This document shows, one piece after another, positions 54,057-64,000 of a stretch of DNA of 64,000 nt. Each line of letters begins with the position of its first letter. Within the stretch, counting starts at the first letter, position 1. The stretch spans positions 398,139 to 462,138 of the forward strand of contig CAVSJV010000017.1 in the NCBI GenBank assembly GCA_963728405.1. Direction: 5' to 3'. A program made the translations under genes and the position numbers. This stretch comes from Methanomassiliicoccaceae archaeon. GTDB taxonomy: Archaea > Thermoplasmatota > Thermoplasmata > Methanomassiliicoccales > Methanomassiliicoccaceae. The notes beneath the pieces were generated by a model, which worked only from the letters and a program-made list of their open reading frames with translations, was not told where the DNA came from and did no database searches.

Positions 54057-55292
54057 TCAGATCAGGGTGGTCTGGTTCTTGGGGCGGTAGTTCTTGATGA
54101 CCTGAAGGATCTCGTCCTCTTCCAATATCTTCTTCGTCTCCACCAACGGCACGGATGACTCGATCTCCTTCGTTCGTCCTCCTCGGCCGAAGGATTTGAC
54201 CCGAGCATGTATGATGCCCAGCATGTCCAGCTCGGAGATCAGGTCGGTGACCCTCCTCTGTGTAAGCACGGTAACGCCGACCATTTGGCCCAGCTCCCGG
54301 TAGGTCTCATAGACATCCCCGGTGGTCAGGCGGCCGTCGCCCCTCTCCTCGCTCAGGAGGATGCTCATGAGGACCAGCTTGGACTGCGTTGGCAGGGTAC
54401 GGATCGCTTCGGTGACACAGTCAAGCTCGATCTTGTTCTTGGCCTTGTAGACGTGCGCTTCGGTGACCTTGTCGTCCCCGTTGCGTTCGGCGATCTCCGC
54501 GGCGATCCGCAGCAGGTCCAGCGCCCTTCGCGCATCACCATGCTCCTGGGCCGCCAGGGCGGAACAGAGAGGCGGTACGCTAGTATCGATGACCCCCGGG
54601 AAGAAGGCGAGGTCGGAACGCTGGTTGAGGATGTCCTTCAACTGGTCGGCGTTGTACGGGGGGAAGACCATCTTCTCCTCTCCCAAACGGCTCTTCACCC
54701 GAGGGTCCAGGAACTCGGTGAACTTCAGGTCGTTGGATATGCCGATCAATGAGACCTTGGCCCGCTGGAGATCGTCATTGATCCTAGAGAGATGATAAAG
54801 AACGTCGTCGCCCGACTTGTACACCAGCTTGTCAATCTCATCTAGGACCAGTATCACCACCCGGTTGGTGTCGTCGATCTTCTCCCTCAGGATGTTGTAT
54901 ACCCTCTCAGTGCTCCATCCGGTGAAGGGGATGCGCTCGTTGAAGTCCTCGATGAACATGTTACCGATGTTCTGCAGGACACCATACTGGGTGTCGACGA
55001 CCTCGCAGTTCATGTAAAGATAGGTGATGCGGTTGAACTCCGTATCGGCCTTCTTGATCTCCTTGCCCAGATATTTGACCGAGGCGGTCTTCCCCGTCCC
55101 GGTCTTTCCAAAGATGAGCACATTGGACGGCCGATCCCCTCTCAGAGCTGTGACAAGTATGGAGGCGAGCTGATTGATCTGCTCTTTCCTATGCGGCAGT
55201 TCGTCAGGAATATAGGACGGCCGGAGGATCTCCCGGTTCCGTTGGAAGATCTTCTTAGAGTTCAGATATTGTTGGAATATGCTTTCGTCCAG
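54057..55292 (-). CDS. cdc6: Orc1/Cdc6 replication initiator
   Basis: LPHR, GKTGTGKT, LDEID, RVKSRLG, GDARRALDLLR, winged helix SFGRGGRT; probable CTG start, uncertain. Confidence 0.95.
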   Translation of the reverse strand: MDESIFQQYLNSKKIFQRNREILRPSYIPDELPHRKEQINQLASILVTALRGDRPSNVLIFGKTGTGKTASVKYLGKEIKKADTEFNRITYLYMNCEVVDTQYGVLQNIGNMFIEDFNERIPFTGWSTERVYNILREKIDDTNRVVILVLDEIDKLVYKSGDDVLYHLSRINDDLQRAKVSLIGISNDLKFTEFLDPRVKSRLGEEKMVFPPYNADQLKDILNQRSDLAFFPGVIDTSVPPLCSALAAQEHGDARRALDLLRIAAEIAERNGDDKVTEAHVYKAKNKIELDCVTEAIRTLPTQSKLVLMSILLSEERGDGRLTTGDVYETYRELGQMVGVTVLTQRRVTDLISELDMLGIIHARVKSFGRGGRTKEIESSVPLVETKKILEEDEILQVIKNYRPKNQTTLI

Positions 55293-55331
55293 ATAATCGC
55301 CTTCTTTTACGTCACGAAAAGGTACCGACCG

Positions 55332-55353
55332 ACCCCTTTGTTTCCATTGGAAA
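55332..55353 (-). promoter_or_regulatory. Origin recognition box (ORB) 1
   Basis: Minus strand TTTCCAATGGAAACAAAGGGGT matches the archaeal ORB (TTCCAxTGGAAA plus G-string). Confidence 0.85.
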
Positions 55354-55466
55354 GTGGACGAGACCTCGTGAGCGGTGGAATAGAACAGGGGGATAATGTA
55401 GTTTCTCCATTGACCATGTCCAGATGGTTCTAAGACTTTCATATGAGAAAACTCCCAAAGACCCCC

Positions 55467-55487
55467 ACCCCTTTATTTCCACTGCAG
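55467..55487 (-). promoter_or_regulatory. ORB 2 (degenerate)
   Basis: Minus strand CTGCAGTGGAAATAAAGGGGT. Confidence 0.7.
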
Positions 55488-55609
55488 TTGGAAATCTCCT
55501 ATGGTCCCATGCGAAGCGCAGGTGCGCGACCACTGCTGGCCCCAATAAAGATGGTGTTCGTGATGATGGGTCCGATGAGGATCGGCTTAGAGAGCGCAGA
55601 TGATGAGGG

Positions 55610-55765
55610 AACTGTTAGATGATAGAGAATCTCTAGGAGAAGGTGAGAAAAATAGTGAAAAAGGAAAGAAGGAAGAAGAAAAAGAATAGCTAAAGATAAT
55701 ATACATACGTATAATAGGGAAAGAGAAAGAAGGAAAGAATAATTGAACTGTTAACGATTCTAAGA
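55610..55765. other. AT-rich, purine-skewed putative DNA unwinding element
   Basis: GAAAAATAGTGAAAAAGGAAAGAAGGAAGAAGAAAAAGAATAG...ATAATATACATACGTATAATAG inside a GC-rich genome, next to ORBs and cdc6. Confidence 0.7.
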
Positions 55766-55785
55766 TCGATACGCCGGTAGCATTA

Positions 55786-57007
55786 GTGACCCTCGATGAG
55801 AACATCTCCGAGCTGGAGGAACTAGCCTCCTCGGCCGGCTATACCATTGTCTACGAGGTCATACAGAGAAGGAAGAGAGCCAGCTCTCGGACATTTATGG
55901 GAAAGGGTAAATTGGAAGAGATGAAGGAACTTCTACAAGCTCACCCGGTGAAAGCCCTGTTGTTCAATGGGGACCTCAAGCCTTCCCAACATCTTCTATT
56001 AGAGAACGAGCTCAAGGTCGAATGCATCGACCGCGTCCGGTTGATCCTTAACATCTTCTCTACTCGTGCATTCTCCCGAGAAGCTCAACTGCAGGTCCAT
56101 CGAGCCAAATTGATCTACGAGATACCATTGCTAAGGGAGTGGATCCATAATGCCAAGGGTGGTGAGCATCCGGGATTCCTGGGTGCCGGAGAATATGAGA
56201 CCGACGCCTACTACGAGCTCATCAGGAGACAGCTCAGCCGCATCGAATCGGAGCTTCAACTGTCTGGAGACCGATCACAACCTCCGTCGGCAACAGAGGA
56301 GGAAAAGAGGGTTCCACATGGTCGCCATCGCCGGCTACACCAACGCCGGCAAATCCACCCTGCTCAATTCCCTAACCTCTGAGAAAGCGCTCGTAGAGGA
56401 TCGGCTGTTCTCAACCCTCTCGACGACCACCGGACGTTTGGAAAGAGAGAATAAGCAGATCCTTCTGACCGATACCATCGGTTTCCTCGGTGATCTCCCG
56501 CACTTCATGATCGAATCGTTCAAGAGCACCATCGATGAGGTCTATTTCGCTGACCTGGTGCTCCTGGTGGTCGACTCATCGGACTCCGATGATGAGATGC
56601 GCCGCAAATTGCTCACCTCCAAGGACATATTGTTCCCGGAGGTCGACCCCTCCTCATTGATCGTGGTCTTGAGTAAGAAGGACAAGGCCCAGGACATCCT
56701 CAGCAAGGTCCGGCTCGCCAAAGAGACCATCCCCTCTCGTGAGGTCCTGACAATCTCCTCAAAGATCGGTGACGGTCTGCCAGAGCTGCAAAGAGCGATC
56801 ACCAACACCTTCCAATATCCCATAGAGATGCGGTTCCGCTTGCCTCATGGCGAAAGCGTGGAAGCGTTCCTTTCGTGGCTTCATGGCCATACTGAGGTGG
56901 TCGATGTGAAATATGGAGAAGGAGTGGACATCCACATCTTCTGCCAGGAGAAGGACCACTCCCGGATCGTCAATCAGATAGTATCCCTCGAGGGCCAGTC
57001 GGCCTGA
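55786..57007 (+). CDS. hflX: GTPase HflX (frameshift near 56262)
   Basis: GKGKLEE, DRVRLILNIF, GAGE, then GYTNAGKSTL, LFSTL, DTIGF. Confidence 0.93.
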
Positions 57008-57077
57008 CCACCTCTCTTTCGAACATGGAATGGGGCTTTTACCATATCTGGTAACAGACCCCGACCGGCCCGCTGGC

Positions 57078-57099
57078 GTTCCAATGGAAATAAAGGGGT
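57078..57099 (+). promoter_or_regulatory. ORB 3, inverted relative to ORB 1 and 2
   Basis: GTTCCAATGGAAATAAAGGGGT, near-identical to ORB 1. Confidence 0.85.
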
Positions 57100-57119
57100 C
57101 CCCCCCTTTGGAGGGGGGC

Positions 57120-57470
57120 TTACCTCAACCCGAACTCTTTCTTCTTCAGCGCTAGCTTGTTCTCGTACTTGGTCGGTAATCGCCAGGCCAGATACTCGAC
57201 ATCGTCCTGCTTCTTGACGAACATGGCCTTGCTCTTCTCAACAATAAGCTTGTTGAACTTGCGTACATTGATGCGATAGAGCGCGAACCAGATCCCACCG
57301 ATCAACAGGAGGAGGGCCCCTAGGCCAAGGATCCAATATCCCCAGTTGCCGGCCTCTTTGAAGCCGTAGCCGATAAGATCGAACAGTCCAACGAGCACCA
57401 TCACCACACCGGCCAGGAGAACGGCCAAGGAAATAGTGGCCGTATGCTGCACAGTAAATGGCTTCGACAT
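57120..57470 (-). CDS. Small membrane protein (DUF3198-like)
   Basis: Two TM helices, GNWGYW, SKAMF...EYLAWRLP. Confidence 0.7.
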   Translation of the reverse strand: MSKPFTVQHTATISLAVLLAGVVMVLVGLFDLIGYGFKEAGNWGYWILGLGALLLLIGGIWFALYRINVRKFNKLIVEKSKAMFVKKQDDVEYLAWRLPTKYENKLALKKKEFGLR

Positions 57471-57562
57471 GTAGGCGGCATCGATAACGGCCTATTCAAG
57501 CCTATCCTTGAAAAACTGATTGTATGGACAAAGCAGTTCATTGACCATGGAGAAGGGCGGTC

Positions 57563-57919
57563 ATGCGCTCGATCAAGGCCGGGCCGGGAACGCTCCTCCT
57601 CCTGGCGGCCGCAACGGTGATGGTCCTCATGGCCCTTTCGGAGTTCCAACCCGCCCAATCGAATGGACTAGGGGAACTTGATGAAAAGGACCCCGGAGAA
57701 GTAGCGGTGATAGTGGTCCGGTGCCGTCCCTGTTCCGGGGGATTCCTGTTCAATCTTACCGACGCCGAGGGCGGGTGGGCCGACGCCTTCTGCTCCCAAG
57801 ACCTCTGTCCCGCACCATTGTCCAACGGCACCTCGGTACGAGTGACCGTCCAGCGCTCCGCTGACGATCCCGAGTTCCTATACGTTCAGAAGCTGATCGT
57901 TTTGAGCGCGCCAACCTAA
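57563..57919 (+). CDS. Hypothetical membrane-anchored protein, possible OB fold
   Basis: N-terminal TM followed by a beta-rich domain (FNLTDAEG). Confidence 0.55.
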   Translation: MRSIKAGPGTLLLLAAATVMVLMALSEFQPAQSNGLGELDEKDPGEVAVIVVRCRPCSGGFLFNLTDAEGGWADAFCSQDLCPAPLSNGTSVRVTVQRSADDPEFLYVQKLIVLSAPT

Positions 57920-57965
57920 AAGGATTGATATCGCCCTCCGTCTTTCAGTGGGACCGGAGAAGGCC

Positions 57966-59249
57966 ATGCTGATCGCCGCCGACGACACCGATTCATCCAC
58001 TTGGATGTGCACCACGTTCCTCGCCACCGAGCTGGTGAGGGCCTTCCCCGACCACGACCTCATCGGCCTGCCTCGGCTGGTCCGGCTCAACCCGGCGGTC
58101 CCCTGGAAGACCCGGGGCAACGCCGCCATCTGCATTCGCATCGGCAAGGGAAAGGGCCAACCCCGCCTGGTCGGCCATATGGACGGGCGGGACCTGTTCT
58201 GCTATGCCCGATCGAGCGCGGAGCCGGACATCGACGAGGTCCTGGAACGCTGCCGTCGCGTGCTGGAGCAATGGTCCCAGCTCGATGATGCCGACCCCGG
58301 GTTGGTCGTGACCCCCTCTCCCCCGCGGCCCCAGCTCTATGAACGGGCGGTCAAGCGAATAATCGAGAAAGAAGAGGCGCTGGAGGCTCTCCGTGAAACG
58401 GGGGCGCGCACCTTTGAGCTGAACTCTGGACGCGGTATCATCGGTGCGGCCTCGGCCGCTTCCTGGAAGCCTGCGGACCGCACCTACGAGGTTCTGACCT
58501 ATCGGGAACGAGAGCGCTGGGGGAATCCCCGGGAGGTGGCCGTTGATGATATTGGCGCGCTGGACCAGCGTTTCCCCTCGACCTTCAATAATTTCGACCT
58601 GACGGCCTGCCGCCCGGCCATCGTGCCCCATACCACCTGTCCCATTCTGTATGGTATAAGGGGCGATTCTCCCCTTGAGCTGATCAGGGCCATGCGCTCC
58701 ATCGCCTCCGAGCCGGTGGACCGCTGGATGTTGTTCATCACCAACCAGGGGACCGATGACCACGTCATCAGCGAATGGCAGGAACTCGCTCCCAACTCCA
58801 CCTACTTGGTAGAGGGGGAGGTACGGTCCACCCCGTCCACAGTACCGGGTGGACACGTCATCTTCACTATGGACACGAAGGCCGGCCCGCTGGAATGCGC
58901 GGCCTACGAGCCCTCCAAGGGCTTCCGGAACGTGGTCCGCTCTCTGAGACCGGGCGACCTGATCAGGGCGATCGGCGAACTGCGCGAGCAGCCCCGAACC
59001 CTCAATCTGGAGAAGCTCCAGTTGGTGCGAGCCGTCACTACCTTCACCAAGGTCTCGAATCCCCCTTGCCCGTCCTGCGGCAAGAACATGAAGTCGATCG
59101 GGAAAGGCCAGGGATACCGCTGCCGGGAGTGCGGTACCAAGGCCATCGAGCCGCGGAGGGCGCCGGAGAGCAGAGAGATCGCCCCCGGATGGTACGAGCC
59201 ACCGGTGTGCGCCCGTCGGCATCTGGCCAAGCCGCTGAAGAGGATGTAA
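57966..59249 (+). CDS. tiaS: tRNA(Ile2) 2-agmatinylcytidine synthetase
   Basis: DDTDS..MCTT, PRLVRLNPAVPWKTRGN, TNQGTD, OB fold, zinc ribbon, RRHLAKP. Confidence 0.95.
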   Translation: MLIAADDTDSSTWMCTTFLATELVRAFPDHDLIGLPRLVRLNPAVPWKTRGNAAICIRIGKGKGQPRLVGHMDGRDLFCYARSSAEPDIDEVLERCRRVLEQWSQLDDADPGLVVTPSPPRPQLYERAVKRIIEKEEALEALRETGARTFELNSGRGIIGAASAASWKPADRTYEVLTYRERERWGNPREVAVDDIGALDQRFPSTFNNFDLTACRPAIVPHTTCPILYGIRGDSPLELIRAMRSIASEPVDRWMLFITNQGTDDHVISEWQELAPNSTYLVEGEVRSTPSTVPGGHVIFTMDTKAGPLECAAYEPSKGFRNVVRSLRPGDLIRAIGELREQPRTLNLEKLQLVRAVTTFTKVSNPPCPSCGKNMKSIGKGQGYRCRECGTKAIEPRRAPESREIAPGWYEPPVCARRHLAKPLKRM

Positions 59250-59364
59250 TTGAATTCGACCATTGTCGTATAGCAGGACCGGCAAATTTTTTATACAACA
59301 AGACGCTGGCACGCCTGGATGGGAGCTCACGCTCCCGGTAAAATGATCACAGGAGCATGATCCG

Positions 59365-60543
59365 TTGACAGAAGCAGTCATCCTAAGCGCCGTCCGTACT
59401 CCGGTCGGCAAGTTCGGCGGCTCGTTGAAGAACATCCCCGCTCCCCAGTTGGGAGCGACGGCCATCACCGAAGCGGTGAGCCGGGCCAGGCTCGAACCGA
59501 AGGACGTCCAAGAGTGCATGATGGGCATCGTGCTATCGGCCGGGGTAGGACAGAACCCGGCCCGCCAGGCCGCCATAAGGGCCGGGCTGCCGGTGGAGAT
59601 CGGCTCTTTGAACGTGAACAAGATCTGCGGCTCTGGATTGAAGGCGGTCATGCTGGCCGCCAACTCGATCAGGGTCGGAGAGAACGACGTGGTCGTCGCC
59701 GGCGGCATGGAGAACATGAGCGCCGCCCCCTATCTGCTCATGGAAGGGCGGTTCGGTTACCGTCTCGGGGATAACAAGATCATCGATCACCTGGTCCGCG
59801 ACGGACTATGGGATGCTATCACCGACCAGCACATGGGCAGCACCGCAGAGATCGTGGCCGAACGTCACCACGTCACCAGGCAAGAGGCCGACGAGCTATC
59901 TTACCAGAGCCACGCAAAGGCGCTGGCGGCCATCAAGGCCGGGCGCTTCGATCAGGAGATCGTTCCCGTCAGGATCAAGAGCAAGAAGGAAGAGCTAGAG
60001 ATCCGACAGGACGAGGGTGTCCGTCCCGACATCTCCATGGAGGGGCTGGCCAAGCTCAGGCCGGCCTTCAAGGAGAACGGAGTGGTGACCGCGGGAAACG
60101 CCTCTCAACTGAGCGACGGCGGCGCCGCCCTGGTCGTCGCCTCCCGGGAGTTCGCCGAGGCGCGGGGAATCAAACCCCTGGCCACCATCGTCGACTATTA
60201 CACTGGAGGCACCAAGCCGGAATGGATCATGGAAGCGCCCATCTCCGCCACCGAAACCCTGCTCAAGCGTAACAACATGGGCATCGAGCATATCGACCTG
60301 TTCGAACACAATGAGGCCTTCGCCACTGCCTCCGTCGCAGTGAAGCGTGCGCTGGGCGTTCCGGAGGACCGCTTCAACGTCAATGGCGGAGCGGTGGCCC
60401 TCGGGCACCCCATCGGCTGCTCGGGGGCCCGGGTCCTGACCACCCTGGTGCACGCGCTGCAGGAACGGGGCAAGCGCACCGGACTGGCAACACTTTGCCT
60501 GGGCGGCGGCAACGCCGTATCCATGATCGTACGACGCGAGTGA
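59365..60543 (+). CDS. Acetyl-CoA C-acetyltransferase (thiolase)
   Basis: RTPVG, NKICGSG, NEAFA, GHPIGCSG, CLGGG. Confidence 0.95.
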   Translation: MTEAVILSAVRTPVGKFGGSLKNIPAPQLGATAITEAVSRARLEPKDVQECMMGIVLSAGVGQNPARQAAIRAGLPVEIGSLNVNKICGSGLKAVMLAANSIRVGENDVVVAGGMENMSAAPYLLMEGRFGYRLGDNKIIDHLVRDGLWDAITDQHMGSTAEIVAERHHVTRQEADELSYQSHAKALAAIKAGRFDQEIVPVRIKSKKEELEIRQDEGVRPDISMEGLAKLRPAFKENGVVTAGNASQLSDGGAALVVASREFAEARGIKPLATIVDYYTGGTKPEWIMEAPISATETLLKRNNMGIEHIDLFEHNEAFATASVAVKRALGVPEDRFNVNGGAVALGHPIGCSGARVLTTLVHALQERGKRTGLATLCLGGGNAVSMIVRRE

Positions 60544-60559
60544 TAGCGGGCCATCCACA

Positions 60560-61022
60560 AGTAAGGGCGCCGGGTCCAGGGAGAACCCTACCGGCCCCTG
60601 ATCTCTTCCTTTTCTTATGGCCAGATGGACAATGACGGCCACTGCGGTCAGGACGACGGCCCCGATGACGAGCAACGGGGGCGAGAGGAAGAGGTCAGAA
60701 CCGCTCCAGCCGGACTCATTAGAGATGCCGACATTGAGCTCGACATCGTCCGGGCCGTGATCGGGCATACCACAACCCCGCTATACACGTTCACCGTGAC
60801 GGTAAGACAGTCCAAGGTGGTGCTCTCGTGCACTGCCGAGTGGGTCTGATCGGCCTCGAAGAGAAGGAAATTGATCTGGTCCAGGAGGAGCATGGTGACC
60901 TGCGAGCCGAAGGTGATCTACACCTCGATCCGCAAGGCGGTCTGGCCCGAGAGCGCGACGACCCCGCCCTTTACACATTGTTCATCGGAGGAAAGAAATA
61001 AAATAGTGAGCCTCCAGGCCAA
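60560..61022 (-). pseudogene. Disrupted small surface protein with a C-terminal TM (in-frame TAG plus frameshift)
   Basis: Fragments ...RIEV*ITFGSQVTMLLLDQINF... and ...LLVIGAVVLTAVAVIVHLAIRKGR; boundaries approximate. Confidence 0.3.
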
Positions 61023-61063
61023 ATGCTATATCGCCCTGCCTCAATTCTAGGTCGGTTACGCTC

Positions 61064-62331
61064 ATGGCCCAAATGGAAGACCTGCTCGCATCTGTGGATA
61101 GCTATCGTGACGAGATGATCAAAGAGATGGGCAACATGCTCGCCATCCCTGCCATGGGGCCGGAGAACGGAGGGCAGGGAGAGTTCGAACGTGCCCGTTT
61201 CATCGAGGAGCTGGTCCGCCGGTGCGGGTTCACCGACGTCCAGACCTACCAGGCGCTGGACGAGCGGGTCACCCTGAAGGTCCGACCCAGCGTCATCGCC
61301 AAGCGCAAGGGCAAGAGCAAGCGAACGGTGTGGATCATATCGCACATGGACACCGTGTCCCCGGGCGACGATAAGGCCTGGACCTACCCGCCGTTCCAGG
61401 GGACCGTCGTCGAGGGGAAGCTGTTCGGAAGGGGGTCGGAGGACAACGGGCAGGCGGTCATCTCATCGTTGTTCGCCGCGCGCGCGCTCCTTGATACGGG
61501 CCGGGACCCCGACCTCACCGTCGGGCTCGCCATCGTGGCCGACGAGGAGGCCGGTTCCGACTTCGGCATCAAGTATCTGATCAAGGAAGGGCTGTTCGGC
61601 AAGGACGACCTCTTCTACGTCCCGGACTCCGGAGAGGCGGACGGTTCGGTCATCGAGGTGGCGGAGAAGTCGATCATCTGGCTCAAGATCGCGATAAAGG
61701 GTAAGCAGGTCCACGCCTCGACGCCGGAGAAGGGGATCAACGCCCTCCGGGTCGGTTCGGAGATGCTACTGTTCCTGGCTGACCAGTTTGCCGGTCGCTT
61801 CCCGGCCAAGAACCCGCTGTTCGCCCCGTCCGGCTCGACCTTCGAGCCGACCAAGCGGATGGCCAACTGTCGAGAACATCAACACCATTCCGGGAGAGGA
61901 CGTCACCTACTTCGACATCCGGCTTCTGCCGGAGTACGATTCCCACGAGTGCGCCAAGGTCGCCAACGAGGTGGCCAAGTTGTTCGAGCAGAGGACCGGG
62001 GCCACCATCGATGTGGAGGCCATCCGCATCGACTCCAGCCGGCAAGACCTCCCGAACCGACGGCGAGGGCGCCCAGGCCCTCAGCAAGGCAGTGAGGCGG
62101 GTACTGAAGATAACCCCCACCATGGCCGGCATCGGCGGGCAGACCTGTGCCAATTGGTTCCGCCAGGCCGGAATGGACGCCTACGTCTGGGAGACCCTCG
62201 ACGAAATGGCCCACCAGGTCAACGAGTACACTAGGGTCGACAACCTCGTCAACGACGCTAAGGTCTTCGCCGTCCTGCTGTCCCGTCTCTGCTTCCCGGG
62301 AGCGTTCAAGGACGTTCAGCCGGAGTACTGA
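61064..62331 (+). CDS. M20-family metallopeptidase (DapE/ArgE-like; frameshifts near 61865 and 62040)
   Basis: SHMDTV, GRGSEDNG, DEE, GKQVHAS, NTIPG, AHQVNEY. Confidence 0.9.
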
Positions 62332-62763
62332 CCGACAGGATGCGGTAGTGCAGCCAGACGGCGTCCCCCTTGAGCTTTCGGGAGAATATCGGCCGAAGGT
62401 CCAGCGGCTCTCGTCAACGGTAAGGTCATTGGCCTGGTACATGAGCAGGTCGACCTTGTTCCGGCCGGTCACCATCGTCTCCGCTCCCTCTATTTTCAGG
62501 TAAGCGACGTGCTCCTTGGAAGGGGACGGTGCCATCACCTCCCACTCCTCCTGCCCGGTCTGGAGCATGGTCGCTGAGCCGCACAGGGTGAGGCCCTCGT
62601 TCCAGGTCGGGATCTACCACCGGTCCCATAGCCACGTCCGGCCGGCCCACGCGCCCCTCCACGCGGACGGCGCTGGGCAGAACTACATAGAAGCACAACG
62701 GCAAACCTCGAAAGATGGAGCGGGACGATGTGAAGGACCTTACCGTCAGGTCACCGAAAGCGC

Positions 62764-63697
62764 TCAGTCCGAGAACAGCCGATCTAGCATCCACTTGCTA
62801 TCGAACTTGATGATGTCCTCGTACTCCGGCCCGTGGACAGGAACGCGATGGGCTTCCCGATAGCGTTGGCGATGGACAGCGCCGCGCCCCCCTTGGCGTC
62901 GGTATCGATCTTGGTCAGGATGACCGCGTCGATCCCCACCGCCTTGTTGAACGCCACCGCCTGCTCGATGGCATCGTTGCCGGCCAGGGAGTCGCCGACG
63001 AAGATGACCAGTGGGGGTTCACCACCCGTTTGATCTTTCTCATCTCGTCCATGAGATTGGCGTTGGTCTGCATCCGTCCGGCGGTATCGACGCAGCACGC
63101 ACTTCCCGACGCTTGGCCTTGGCGTGGTCCACGGCGTCGAACGCCACCGCGGCCGGGTCTCCGCCCGACTGGTGCTTGACGATCTTGGTTCCCAGCCTCT
63201 CGGAATGAACGGTAAGCTGCTCGATCGCTCCGGCCCGGAAGGTGTCCGAGGCGGAAAGACGGTGGTCATTCCCTGTTTCTGCAGTCGGTTGGCGAGCTTG
63301 GCGACGGCCGTTGTCTTGCCCGTACCGTTGATCCCGACGAACATGATGATGACTGGCTTCTCGTGGTTCTTGACGAACGAATCGAAGTCGAACTCGCTCT
63401 TCTTGAGGACCGCCTCGATGGCGTTCTTGAGCGCGGCCTCGACCACCTGTTCTACGGAACTTGCGGTCGACCCGCTTACCCACCAACCCCTGGCGGACGT
63501 TGCTTTTATCTCCTCGATGACGGGGAGGGCGACATCCGATTCTAAAAGCCCCAGCTCCAGGTCCCACAGGAGCTCATCGACCTCGGCCTCGTCGATCTTC
63601 TCCGTCCACTGTCCCCGACCGCCTCTTCGGCGTTGGAGGGTAGTTCGGCCGCCTTTCCCCGCAGCGCGGAGATCTTCTTCTTGAGCGACTCGAACAG
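62764..63697 (-). CDS. ftsY: SRP receptor FtsY (several frameshifts)
   Basis: LLESDVA, GINGTGKTT, DTFRAGAIEQL, GDPAAVAFDA, TKIDTDAKGG; probable CTG start at LFESLKKK. Confidence 0.92.
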
Positions 63698-63712
63698 GGC
63701 TGACCACCCGTC

Positions 63713-64000
63713 CTATCCTCTGTCTGCTGTATCGCCTGGTATTCTTGCTGGACAACCTGAGATAATTGACTGGCCTGTTCCTTCGAGGGCCATCCTGCGG
63801 TCGGTGAGCTTCTTCATGGTGTCCATCAGTTCCTTGGCGCGGTCGTCCATGGTCTCGATTGCGTCCTCTACGGGCTTCTCTACCCAGACGCCGGGTCCCG
63901 ATGCCCACGATGGCCTTGGAGTTGGACTCCACCTTGGCGAAGACGAAGGAGTTGCCACCGATAGGGACCAGGAGCTCGTCGCCCACGGCCGCCTTCTGAT
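63713..64000 (-). CDS. pfdA: Prefoldin alpha subunit, partial and frameshifted
   Basis: ELLVPIGGNSF...AIVGIG.GVWVEK; conserved pfdA-ftsY order. Confidence 0.85.
   Translation of the reverse strand: MRRRPWATSSWSLSVATPSSSPRWSPTPRPSWASGPGVWVEKPVEDAIETMDDRAKELMDTMKKLTDRRMALEGTGQSIISGCPARIPGDTADRG

Noticed and set aside
55293-55442. 50-aa N-terminal extension of Cdc6
   Set aside because: It runs through an ORB and does not resemble Orc1/Cdc6 sequence.
57100-57118. CCCCCC-TTTGGA-GGGGGG hairpin as a mobile-element end
   Set aside because: No transposase or partner end nearby. It sits between convergent genes beside ORB 3 and is more likely a terminator or origin-associated element.
62332-62763. 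ORF fragments with in-frame TAG downstream of ftsY
   Set aside because: This zone is error-rich and no frame gives a recognisable protein, so neither a gene nor a pyrrolysine call is supported.

Overview
GC-rich archaeal chromosomal window. Gene content and style suggest Thermoplasmatota, probably Methanomassiliicoccales; this taxonomy is inferred. Housekeeping genes dominate: a complete A1Ao ATP synthase operon (H-I-K-E-C-F-A-B-D), TFB/Gar1, tRNA-splicing endonuclease, PolD small subunit, split GMP synthase, purE, ahcY, phosphopantothenate synthetase, tiaS, ftsY, pfdA and orc1/cdc6. Next to cdc6 is a probable replication origin whose ORB boxes and AT-rich element enclose the whole hflX gene. 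Other notable items: (1) an HSR1-like heat-shock locus (HTH regulator, cdc48, hsp20) with two ACAAC-N5-GTT operators and an unannotated 53-aa ORF; (2) a tnpB-only IS200/IS605 element ending at the guaAB stop codon, plus a second decayed tnpB-like remnant; (3) a 1479-aa pilin-like adhesin with FG-GAP repeats next to a GGR-family reductase and an extended UbiA-like prenyltransferase; (4) a membrane-anchored CE4-like protein; (5) an unannotated 48-aa membrane ORF coupled to atpD. About 15 genes, including essential ones, carry indel frameshifts that are most likely sequencing errors. No tRNA, rRNA or CRISPR array was recognised. All calls come from motif recognition by eye, with no database searches.
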